NCBI GenBank assembly: GCA_965116495.1
Contig: OZ220696.1
Location: forward strand, 1,312,001-1,376,000
Length of the DNA: 64,000 nt
Reading direction: 5' to 3'
Source: Gammaproteobacteria bacterium
GTDB lineage: Bacteria > Pseudomonadota > Gammaproteobacteria > Eutrophobiales > Eutrophobiaceae
Shown one piece after another: positions 28,667-37,326 of this stretch. Below the pieces are notes generated by a model. That model made no database searches, had not been told where the DNA came from, and saw only the letters and a list, made by a program, of their open reading frames with translations. Position 1 is the stretch's first letter, and each line of letters opens with the position of its first letter. The position numbers and the translations under genes are program-made.

Positions 28667-30867
28667 AACTTTCCTTTCAAGGTGACGCCAAGGGTACGGG
28701 GACGCGTGGTATTAATCCGGACATCACCGACAATACGGTTAAAATACAGGACAGCCCTTTCGTCCCAGAGATTATCCGCAAAGAAGGCGAGCTGCCACTT
28801 GTCTGTCTCAACTCCCAGGCGCAAATTCCCAAGCTGGTATGGCTTCTGGCGGTCCGCGCCGGCGCCGCTCGTGCCCGTTGCCGCGGCAAATCCGTTGTAG
28901 GAACTGCCGACATGCTGAAAGTTAAAATTGACAAAGCCGTCAATGCCCTCAAAGATTGACGACCGTTGGTAGTTAAATCCTGCGGTGAAAGTAACTTCGG
29001 GCACACCGGGAATACGATCACCCGAACGCCCGTCTCCCGGCGGAAGCTGGTCGTCGGTAAGTTCACTGTTGACATAAGCGGCCGTACTGAAGATTTCAAA
29101 ATCTGCCAATGCAAATGGCAGGGCGCGCAATTCCAACTCGGCGCCCACACTTCTTGCGCCTCCTGCATTTATCGTAAAGGTATGACCATCACTTCGTATA
29201 AAGTTGGTCTGGATATCAGTCCAGTCTATATAGAACCCGGCGCCGTTAAAAACAAGTCTGTTGTTCCCCCAACTGGTCTTGAAACCCGCTTCAAAATTCC
29301 ATAGGGAATCCGAATCAAACTGGGATGGCGCCGGCTCGCCGGTAACCGGGTCAGCAGGCACCCCTTGCCCTGTGGGGCCGCCCTCGCGAAAGCCCTTGGA
29401 AGCCACGCCATAAACGAGAATTTGGTCGTTAACATCGTAAGACAACCGGAATTTCGGACTGACGCCACTTTCATCCGCCCCCGAATAAATGGTCTCAAGC
29501 ATACCCGGACGCCCCGCCAGCAATCCGCCGCTGAGATCAACCACGTCCTGTTCAATATCGAACCAGCGCGCGCCTGCGGTTGCAGTCAACTTGTGAGTTA
29601 TATTGAAATCTAACTCGCCGAATACTGCAATTTGTTTACGGTCAAGCGTCGTATCGGAATCAAGAACGTCTCCGCCCAGCGCCTCAGCCCCGGCATCCTG
29701 GATAAATATTTCCTCATCGTCCCGGTAATACACACCCAGCACCCAATCCAGGTACCCCCCGAATAATCCTTTGTTTGAAGTCAAACGAACTTCCTGCACC
29801 CAGGATTCAAACTCGGTTAAATCATCCAGAAAAATCGGCAGGCCGCCCAGCAAGGGCGATATATCGCGCAGGTTGATGACCTCCCTGTCAAAGTAAGCCG
29901 TTGACGAACTTAAAGTTGCGTTTCCCAGGTCCCAATCCAGGGTCAGGTTTGCCAGGTGAAATTCATCGGCAAGCTCTTCTTGAAAATTACGCGCCTGTTT
30001 CAGATCTCCCAGATCAGGATCATACTGGGCTTTCCCCGGCGTGTCCGAATCCTGGTACAAATATGAAAATGCAGCGGAAATGTCTTCATTGAAATCAAGG
30101 GTTACCATGCCCCGGAAGCCTACAGTTTCCGTCTCGTTTACATTATTCTCATCGAGCGTTACATTATCTACAAAGCCCGAGGCTTCATCTTGGTAAGCCA
30201 CCAGTCTTAACCCGAGTTTATCTCTTACTACCGGCACATTTACCACACCTGCAAGCTCGTAATTTGTGCCTCCTTTTTCCGTTGACCCCAGGCTCGAATT
30301 AAATTCAACGCTGAAATTTTCCAGGTCGGGTTTATTCGGAACGTAACGCAAGGTTCCGCCAATGGAACCCTCGCCGAATAAAGTCCCCTGCGGACCCCGC
30401 AACACTTCTATGCGCTCGATGTCAAAAAGGCGCAGGTCAGGACTGAAGCGCCGGCTTCCAACCGGCACATCATCAAAATACATTCCTATCACCGCGCCTT
30501 CATCGCGGGAAGCAACGCCGGTGGATACACCGCGCAGGACAATCTTGTTTTCCGGGCTGTTATTGCCTACATAAGAAAGTCCGGGGACACTTGCCGCAAA
30601 ATCAGCAAATGATCGAGCGCCGATATTTTCCAGGTATTCCTGAGAAAGGGCGGTAACCGCAACAGGGGCATCCTGCAAAGCTTCCGTCCTTCTCCTGGCA
30701 GTCACCTCGATTTCCTCAAGGACCAATACGCCTTCCTCCCCCGACAGAACTTCCGCTTGTGCCTGGATGATGCGGGGTGATGCAAAAAACAGGGCCATAA
30801 TGAGAGCAGCAGCAATGAACACTTCATTGGCAAGAGGGTATTTCATAACTGAAACCCGTGTAATCAT
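28663..30867 (-). CDS. TonB-dependent receptor
   Basis: LEEIEVTARRR, IEVLRGPQGTLFGEGSIGG, C-terminal Phe. Confidence 0.95.
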   Translation of the reverse strand: MITRVSVMKYPLANEVFIAAALIMALFFASPRIIQAQAEVLSGEEGVLVLEEIEVTARRRTEALQDAPVAVTALSQEYLENIGARSFADFAASVPGLSYVGNNSPENKIVLRGVSTGVASRDEGAVIGMYFDDVPVGSRRFSPDLRLFDIERIEVLRGPQGTLFGEGSIGGTLRYVPNKPDLENFSVEFNSSLGSTEKGGTNYELAGVVNVPVVRDKLGLRLVAYQDEASGFVDNVTLDENNVNETETVGFRGMVTLDFNEDISAAFSYLYQDSDTPGKAQYDPDLGDLKQARNFQEELADEFHLANLTLDWDLGNATLSSSTAYFDREVINLRDISPLLGGLPIFLDDLTEFESWVQEVRLTSNKGLFGGYLDWVLGVYYRDDEEIFIQDAGAEALGGDVLDSDTTLDRKQIAVFGELDFNITHKLTATAGARWFDIEQDVVDLSGGLLAGRPGMLETIYSGADESGVSPKFRLSYDVNDQILVYGVASKGFREGGPTGQGVPADPVTGEPAPSQFDSDSLWNFEAGFKTSWGNNRLVFNGAGFYIDWTDIQTNFIRSDGHTFTINAGGARSVGAELELRALPFALADFEIFSTAAYVNSELTDDQLPPGDGRSGDRIPGVPEVTFTAGFNYQRSSIFEGIDGFVNFNFQHVGSSYNGFAAATGTSGAGADRQKPYQLGNLRLGVETDKWQLAFFADNLWDERAVLYFNRIVGDVRINTTRPRTLGVTLKGKF

Positions 30868-30937
30868 TAGAATTCCTCATTTGGATTAAAGTACCTCGTG
30901 CACAATAGCTGAACGCCTGGTGTGGTTTTCTTTTCTT

Positions 30938-31036
30938 TTGAGTAGTGTCTTCTTTCCCGCCTTTTTTTACCTGTCTACCCGAATGGGTAGTCTCCGGCCA
31001 CCTGATATTGACACACCACATGGGCCACTTTAATGT
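30938..31036. promoter_or_regulatory. Operator box plus sigma70-like promoter cassette, copy 2
   Basis: ttgagtagtg ... palindrome ctacccgaatgggtag (30975-30990), then TTGACA (31008)-N17-TAATGT. Confidence 0.6.
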
Positions 31037-31141
31037 AAGTATGAAGCTGGACTGATATCATGCGCTTATGGTTCGCGCAGGGCCGCAACCGCAGAGTTGT
31101 AATGGACACAGCGATAGAAATGCAACGCAGTCAATCGGCAT

Positions 31142-31627
31142 TCATCCGGTGAAGTCTCTTAATGAACGGAGCGGCAGTTCTGTCGTGCACTTGATTTCGG
31201 ACACCACCATCTTGGAGTGCACCTCGCGTACTGCCGGCAGTGACAGCAGGTGGCGCAGGAAGCGTTCGTAAGCGTGGATATCCGTTGCCACCACTTTCAA
31301 CAAAAAATCCATCTCTCCCAGCACCGTGTAACATTCCAGCACTTCCGGCAGTTTCTCCACGGCATTCTGGAAATTAGGCAGTGCTTCATGGCCATGGGCC
31401 TCGAGCTTGACTTCAGCGAACACGATCACGTCCAGGCCCAGTTGGTTATGGTCCAGTAGCGCCACCCGTTTTTTCAACACCCCGGCGTCCTCCATACGTT
31501 TGAGCCTGCGCCAGCAGGGTGAGGTGGACAGGCCGATTTGCGCCGCCAGTTCGCTGACGGTCAAACCGGCATCCCGTTGCAGGACGGTCAGTATTTTCTT
31601 GTCGAATTTATCTATCTTAACGGTCAT
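31142..31627 (-). CDS. Lrp/AsnC-family regulator divergent from bkd operon (BkdR-like)
   Basis: DKFDKKILTVLQRDA..GLSTSPCWRRLKRME, GEMDFLLKV. Confidence 0.9.
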   Translation of the reverse strand: MTVKIDKFDKKILTVLQRDAGLTVSELAAQIGLSTSPCWRRLKRMEDAGVLKKRVALLDHNQLGLDVIVFAEVKLEAHGHEALPNFQNAVEKLPEVLECYTVLGEMDFLLKVVATDIHAYERFLRHLLSLPAVREVHSKMVVSEIKCTTELPLRSLRDFTG

Positions 31628-31750
31628 TTTTGCCTAATTTATATATTATATGGGTAATATTTTGCGAATTATCCTGAATTCCGGTTACAAAAGCAATAAT
31701 TATCCCTTTATTTCCGTCTAAACTGTATCCAACCACTTCCAGTGATTGAT

Positions 31751-32971
31751 ATGTCAAGCAAATTACATATTCCGGCAGCACCGTACCGTCCGGGCGAAGA
31801 GCCGGATTTCAGCGCAATATCACTGTCTCGGGCCGGCGAACTGGTGCGTCCGGACGAACTGGCCCCGGCCAACTCAATAGATAAACTGGCCTTCGGCATG
31901 CTGCGCGTCCTGGATGACAACCACCAGGCTGTCGGTCCCTGGGATCCTGGTTTATCGGCAGACATATTGCGTGATGGATTGCGCCACATGATGCTGACGC
32001 GCCTGTATGACGAACGCATGTTCAGGATGCAGCGCCAGGGCAAGCTGACCTTCTACCTGAAATGCACCGGCGAAGAAGCCGTATCGGTCGCCCAGTGTAT
32101 GGCGCTGGATGACGGCGACATGCTGTTTCCCACGTACCGGCAGCAGGGCTTGCTGATCACGCGGGGCTATCCATTGCTGGATATGATGTGCCAGTGCCTG
32201 TCCAATTCCGGCGACAAATTACAGGGCCGCCAATTGCCTGTGTTGTACAGTTCGAATGTACATAACTTTTTTACCATTTCCGGCAACCTGGGCACCCAGT
32301 TTTCCCAGGCCGTAGGTTGGGCTATGGCGGCTGAATACAGAAAAACAGGCGATATCGCGGTGGCCTGGGTCGGCGAGGGGACCAGCGCGGAGGCGGATTT
32401 CCACTATGCCCTCACCTTCAGTGCCGTGTACCGCGCTCCGGTGATACTGAACGTGGTAAACAACCAGTGGGCAATTTCCACGCACCAGAATGTCGCGGGC
32501 GGCGACCAGAACCCGTTTGCCGCCCGCGGCATCGGTTACGGGATTCCCGGCCTGCGCGTGGACGGGAATGATTTTCTCGCCGTTTTCGCCGCCACCCGCT
32601 GGGCTGCACGCCGGGCCCGCGCCGGCGGGGGCCCTACCCTGATAGAGCTGTATACCTATCGCGTCGCGCCCCATTCAACCAGCGATGATCCGGGCAGGTA
32701 CCGGCCTGCCGACGAATGGGAACACTGGCCCCTTGGCGATCCCGTAGAGCGCCTGAAACAGCACTTGATCAGCCTGGATGTATGGTCCGAAGCGGAACAC
32801 GAACAGATGCAGATGGAACTGGAAGAAACGGTGAACAGTACCTGGGAGAAGGCAATCTCGCTGGGAACACTGGATGAGGGGCCGCACCCCCCAGTCTCGG
32901 CAATGTTCGAACATGTCTACAAGGAAGTGCCGCCTCATCTCGAGGAACAACGCCGGCAACTGGAGGGGTGA
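31751..32971 (+). CDS. bkdA1: Branched-chain 2-oxoacid dehydrogenase E1 alpha
   Basis: YRPGEEPDFS, QRQGK, GEGT...NNQWAIST, HSTSDDP. Confidence 0.92.
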   Translation: MSSKLHIPAAPYRPGEEPDFSAISLSRAGELVRPDELAPANSIDKLAFGMLRVLDDNHQAVGPWDPGLSADILRDGLRHMMLTRLYDERMFRMQRQGKLTFYLKCTGEEAVSVAQCMALDDGDMLFPTYRQQGLLITRGYPLLDMMCQCLSNSGDKLQGRQLPVLYSSNVHNFFTISGNLGTQFSQAVGWAMAAEYRKTGDIAVAWVGEGTSAEADFHYALTFSAVYRAPVILNVVNNQWAISTHQNVAGGDQNPFAARGIGYGIPGLRVDGNDFLAVFAATRWAARRARAGGGPTLIELYTYRVAPHSTSDDPGRYRPADEWEHWPLGDPVERLKQHLISLDVWSEAEHEQMQMELEETVNSTWEKAISLGTLDEGPHPPVSAMFEHVYKEVPPHLEEQRRQLEG

Positions 32972-32972
32972 A

Positions 32973-34139
32973 ATGGACGCAGCTGCGAATCTCCGGGATA
33001 ACACCATTGAGCATGCCGCGCCGTCTGAAGTGACGCGCCCGGAACCTGTCCACCAGCCTGCACCTGCAGAGCCTGTTCCGGCAGTTGCAAGCAGGAGGGC
33101 GGACTCTGCATGCCGCAAGCAGGAGATGCGCACAATGTCCATGATCCGGGCCCTGAATTCCGCTATGGACGTCATGCTGGAAAAAGACCCCGGCGTGGTT
33201 ATCTTCGGTGAAGATGTCGGATACTTCGGCGGTGTATTTCGCTGCACCGAGGGCCTGCAGCAGAAACACGGTGACGATCGCGTATTCGATACGCCGATTG
33301 CCGAGGGGGGCATCGTGGCAACGGCCATCGGCATGGGGGTTAACGGCATGCGCCCGGTGGTCGAGATCCAGTTTGCCGACTACATCTATCCGGCATTTGA
33401 CCAGATCGTCAGCGAACTGGCCCGGCTACGCTACCGCAGCGCAGGCCAGTTCTGGTCCCCGGTCACAATCCGCACCCCCTGTGGCGGCGGCATCCGCGGC
33501 GGGCAGACCCACTCGCAAACGCCGGAGGCCCTGTTCGCCCACGTCTGCGGTCTGAAAACGGTCATACCGTCCACTCCCTACGATGCAAAGGGGCTACTCA
33601 TCAGCGCCATCGAGGATGACGATCCGGTCATCTTTTTCGAACCGAAACGCCTGTACAACGGCCCGTTTGACGGCGACCCGGACAAACCGGCAACCAGTTG
33701 GGAGAAGCACCCCAAAGGGCAGGTCCCGGCCGGCCACTACCGGGTGCCGCTGGGCAAGGCTGAAATCGTCCGGGCAGGAGATGACGTAACCATCCTCGCC
33801 TACGGCACCATGGTACATGTGGCGCTCGCGACATCAAGACAGATGAATATCAACGCCGAGATAATCGACGTGCGCTCACTCATGCCGCTGGACATTGATA
33901 CCATCTGCGCCTCCGTATGCCGTACGGGCCGGTGTGTGGTCGTGCATGAAGCAACGCGCCACTGCGGTTACGGCGCGGAACTGTTGGCACAGGTCCAGGA
34001 GCATTGTTTCTGGAACCTGGAAGCGCCCATCGAACGGGTGACGGGCTGGGATACGCCCTACCCCCACGCCCAGGAATGGGCTTACTTTCCGGGCCAGGAA
34101 CGCATAAGCCAGGCGCTGGAACGAACTCTGGGTCTGTGA
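32973..34139 (+). CDS. bkdA2: Branched-chain 2-oxoacid dehydrogenase E1 beta (alternative start 33126/33135)
   Basis: GEDVGYFGGVFRCT, EIQFADY, GQTHSQ, FFEPKRLY, GWDTPYPH. Confidence 0.92.
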   Translation: MDAAANLRDNTIEHAAPSEVTRPEPVHQPAPAEPVPAVASRRADSACRKQEMRTMSMIRALNSAMDVMLEKDPGVVIFGEDVGYFGGVFRCTEGLQQKHGDDRVFDTPIAEGGIVATAIGMGVNGMRPVVEIQFADYIYPAFDQIVSELARLRYRSAGQFWSPVTIRTPCGGGIRGGQTHSQTPEALFAHVCGLKTVIPSTPYDAKGLLISAIEDDDPVIFFEPKRLYNGPFDGDPDKPATSWEKHPKGQVPAGHYRVPLGKAEIVRAGDDVTILAYGTMVHVALATSRQMNINAEIIDVRSLMPLDIDTICASVCRTGRCVVVHEATRHCGYGAELLAQVQEHCFWNLEAPIERVTGWDTPYPHAQEWAYFPGQERISQALERTLGL

Positions 34140-34141
34140 AC

Positions 34142-35662
34142 ATGGCGTCCTATTCGTTCAAATTACCGGATCTGGGTGAGGGAACCGTCGACTCGGAGAT
34201 CGTGGCCTGGCGCGTCAATGTCGGTGATCCTGTCGGCGCGGACCAACCCCTGGTCGACATGATGACGGATAAAGCCACCATTGAGATAACGGCTCCGGTC
34301 AGCGGTAAACTGATGTCTGTCGCCGGCGCGGCCGGCGACGTCATAGCGGTAGGCGCTGAACTTGCGGTGTTCGCGACGGACGGGGAACAACCGTCCCGGC
34401 ATGATGAGCAAACAGACTCGTCATTCCCGCGCAGGCGGGAATCCAGTAAAACAGAGAGTCGCTCGCAGGGCGACACATCTAATCACGTCCCTGTTCCTGG
34501 ATACCGGCCAATCCCTGGCCGGTATGACGAACAGGAAAGTCAAACCCGGCATGACGGGGAAGGAGGCGACACATCTCAACCCGCGCCTGCCGCCGGGAAA
34601 CCGTTAACGTCTCCAGCCATCCGCCGCCTGGCCAGGGAACATGATATCGACCTCGGCCGGGTACCGGGCAGCGGCCCGAAAGGGCGGATTACCCGTGCCG
34701 ATATTGACGCTGTTCTGGAACAAACCGGGAAACCGTCCCCGGATGACTTCGCACCGGCTGCAGACGGTACGCGCGAAACAAATCTGCCGGGAGCAGATTT
34801 GGACGTCCAAAGGACGCCCAAAGGGGGTGCACCAGGGAATGCACCAGGGAAGGTGCACATCACAAATCTGCCGGGAGCAGATTTGGACGTCCGAAGGGCG
34901 CCCGAAGGGGGTGCACCAGGGAAGGTGCACATCACCAAACTACAGGGACTGCGACGCAAGATAGCCGACCGGATGACCCTGAGCGCAAGCCGTATACCCC
35001 ACTTCAGCTATGTTGAGGAAGTCGACGTCACCGAACTCGAACGGCTGCGCAGACACCTTAATGATGAACGCCAGGCGCACCAGGTAGAACTCACTTACCT
35101 GCCTTTTTTCATGCAGGCCCTGGTGAAGGTGGTCGAGGAATTCCCACAATGTAATGCGCACTTTGATGATGACCGCCAGGTCATCACGCAGTTTGAACCG
35201 GTTCACGCCGGTATCGCCGTACAGACCGGAGGCGGCCTGATGGTGCCCGTTATCCGTCACGTTGAAACCCTGGACCTGTGGCAATGCGCCCATGAGCTGC
35301 GTCAGATTGCGGATAAAGCGAGGCAAGGCAACGCCCGCAGGGAAGAACTTACCGGGTCAACCATTACCATCACCAGCCTGGGCGCGTTGGGCGGCATCGT
35401 TTCCACCCCGATCATCAACTACCCTGAGGTCGCCATCATCGGCATAAACAGGACACAGCAACGCCCGGTGTTTGATAACAACGGAGTCACCACTCGCCTG
35501 ATGATGAACATCTCATCCTCTTTCGATCATCGCGTCGTCGACGGCTACGACGCCGCCTGCGCCATCCAGGCTTTGAAACGTTACCTGGAATTCCCGGCAA
35601 CATTATTTTTGCCTCCGCCCCGCGTCCGTCATTCCCGCGAAAGCAGGAATCCAGTCCAATAA
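34142..35662 (+). CDS. bkdB: Dihydrolipoamide acyltransferase E2 with repeat-expanded linkers
   Basis: LPDLGEG, MTDKAT lipoyl-Lys, SPAIRRLARE..GSGPKGRI, FDHRVVDG. Confidence 0.92.
   Translation: MASYSFKLPDLGEGTVDSEIVAWRVNVGDPVGADQPLVDMMTDKATIEITAPVSGKLMSVAGAAGDVIAVGAELAVFATDGEQPSRHDEQTDSSFPRRRESSKTESRSQGDTSNHVPVPGYRPIPGRYDEQESQTRHDGEGGDTSQPAPAAGKPLTSPAIRRLAREHDIDLGRVPGSGPKGRITRADIDAVLEQTGKPSPDDFAPAADGTRETNLPGADLDVQRTPKGGAPGNAPGKVHITNLPGADLDVRRAPEGGAPGKVHITKLQGLRRKIADRMTLSASRIPHFSYVEEVDVTELERLRRHLNDERQAHQVELTYLPFFMQALVKVVEEFPQCNAHFDDDRQVITQFEPVHAGIAVQTGGGLMVPVIRHVETLDLWQCAHELRQIADKARQGNARREELTGSTITITSLGALGGIVSTPIINYPEVAIIGINRTQQRPVFDNNGVTTRLMMNISSSFDHRVVDGYDAACAIQALKRYLEFPATLFLPPPRVRHSRESRNPVQ
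34778..34933 (+). repeat. In-frame tandem structured repeat (84 + 72 bp) inside bkdB
   Basis: acaaatctgccgggagcagatttggacgtc...ggtgcacatc twice; each unit has internal hairpins. Confidence 0.9.
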
Positions 35663-35674
35663 TGCGTCGCACAT

Positions 35675-35729
35675 AGAGCCTGCCCCCGTGAAAGCTTGTC
35701 CCCGTATGGAGTTGAGTGGGGACGGGGGG
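35675..35729. repeat. 55-bp hairpin repeat, copy 1
   Basis: agagcctgcccccgtgaaagcttgtccccgYatggagttgagYggggacgggggg, also at 37217-37271. Confidence 0.85.
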
Positions 35730-35862
35730 TGACTCTTTGTTCACTGGATTCCTGCATGCGCAAATGACGATCGTAGTCCGAAGAAAATTGTCAGCCGTTT
35801 ACCAATATGGGTTAAACTTGTAGCGGTATGAACTGACACAAACGTCACAACGAGGAACAGCG

Positions 35863-36654
35863 ATGATTGTCGAACAGATCTGGACGGGTAACGACTGGCG
35901 TAACTTCAATTATCTCATCGCCTGTCCTGACACCGGCGAGGCGTTGGCTGTTGACCCCCTGGACCATAACAAATGTCTGCAATACGCACAGGATCAGGGC
36001 TGGGAAATCACCCAGGTATTGAATACCCATGAACATCATGACCACACCGGCGGCAATGCCGCGCTGATCTCCGCAACGGATGCGGTATTACTTGCCCATA
36101 AAAATGCCAGGGATAGGATAGTCGGCATAGACAGGCCGTTATCCGCCGGCGATATCATTAAAGTCGGGAAAAGCGTCGAACTGGAAGCACTGGATACGCC
36201 GGGGCATACCATGAGCCACGTCTGCCTGCTGTCACGCACTGACCATCCTGCCCTGTTCTGCGGGGATACCCTGTTCAATGCCGGGGCGGGCAACTGCCAT
36301 AACGGCGGCCATCCCAACGAGTTGTATATGACATTTTCCAGCCAACTGGCGACCCTGGCCGACAATACCCTGGTCTATCCCGGTCACGACTACATCATCA
36401 ATAACCTGCAATTCACCCTGAGCAGGGAACCCGGCAATGCCGCGGCTCAATCATTACGAGATGAGTTGCTCGACCAGGATCCGGGTGACGCCCTGGTCAC
36501 CACCCTCGGATTGGAGAAGGCCGTCAATACCTTTTTCCGCTTGAGAAACCCCGAGGTCATCGACAAGCTGCGCGAGGAATTCCCCGATCTGCCTGCCGAA
36601 CCCGACGAGAAAACGGTGTTCCTGAAACTGCGGGAGATGCGAAACAACTGGTAA
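35863..36654 (+). CDS. gloB: Hydroxyacylglutathione hydrolase family (glyoxalase II)
   Basis: THEHHDHTGG, TPGHT, FCGDTLF..GAG, YPGHDY, EKAVNTF. Confidence 0.85.
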   Translation: MIVEQIWTGNDWRNFNYLIACPDTGEALAVDPLDHNKCLQYAQDQGWEITQVLNTHEHHDHTGGNAALISATDAVLLAHKNARDRIVGIDRPLSAGDIIKVGKSVELEALDTPGHTMSHVCLLSRTDHPALFCGDTLFNAGAGNCHNGGHPNELYMTFSSQLATLADNTLVYPGHDYIINNLQFTLSREPGNAAAQSLRDELLDQDPGDALVTTLGLEKAVNTFFRLRNPEVIDKLREEFPDLPAEPDEKTVFLKLREMRNNW

Positions 36655-36760
36655 GCGGTTCCCGCTAACCTCGGCCAGATGGTGGAGTCAGAGTAAAAAC
36701 CCGTGAGATGAATGATAAAACTGCACATTCCGATGGGTTTTTACTCTGACCCCGGAATTT

Positions 36761-37204
36761 ATGTATGAAAAAATAGTCATACTACTCGCAGCCGATACGC
36801 TGCTGATCATCCACGCCCTGTTTATCGCCTTTGTGGTTTTCGGATTGATATTGATCATCGCCGGTCTTGCCAGGGGTTGGCGCTGGGTCAGGAACCCCTG
36901 GTTCCGTTTCATCCATCTCGGCGCAATCGGCATCGTCGTCATACAGGCCTGGTTGAATATCATCTGCCCGCTGACGATCTGGGAGAATAACCTGCGGGAG
37001 AAAGCAGGAGAGGCAACCTATGCCGGTTCGTTTATACAGCACTGGCTGCACAAGCTGATCTTCTACCAGGCGGAAGCCTGGGTATTTACCCTATCCTACA
37101 CTGCATTTGCCGCGCTGGTGGTCCTGGCCTGGTACCTGGCGCCGCCTTCGTCATCCTCGCCATCCCCCTCGTCATTCCCGCTCAGGCGGGAATCCAGTGA
37201 ATAA
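36761..37204 (+). CDS. DUF2784 family membrane protein
   Basis: LAADTLLIIHALF, FRFIHL, ICPLTIWE, GSFIQHWL; C-terminus is repeat-derived. Confidence 0.85.
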   Translation: MYEKIVILLAADTLLIIHALFIAFVVFGLILIIAGLARGWRWVRNPWFRFIHLGAIGIVVIQAWLNIICPLTIWENNLREKAGEATYAGSFIQHWLHKLIFYQAEAWVFTLSYTAFAALVVLAWYLAPPSSSSPSPSSFPLRRESSE

Positions 37205-37315
37205 AGGGTCGCCCGGAGAGCCTGCCCCCGTGAAAGCTTGTCCCCGCATGGAGTTGAGCGGGGACGGGGGGCGACACAGCATTTCACTGGGTGCCGGGTC
37301 AAGCCCGGCATGACG
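37170..37315. repeat. REP pair enclosing 55-bp hairpin repeat copy 2
   Basis: cgtcattcccgctcaggcgggaatccagt (37170-37198), 55-bp unit (37217-37271), actgggtgccgggtcaagcccggcatgacg (37286-37315). Confidence 0.85.
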
Positions 37316-37326
37316 AACAGGCAATA

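Noticed and set aside
34778-34933. CRISPR-like array (also 8293-8363 and 50160-50277)
   Set aside because: Only 2-3 adjacent units, no unique spacers of regular length, no cas genes
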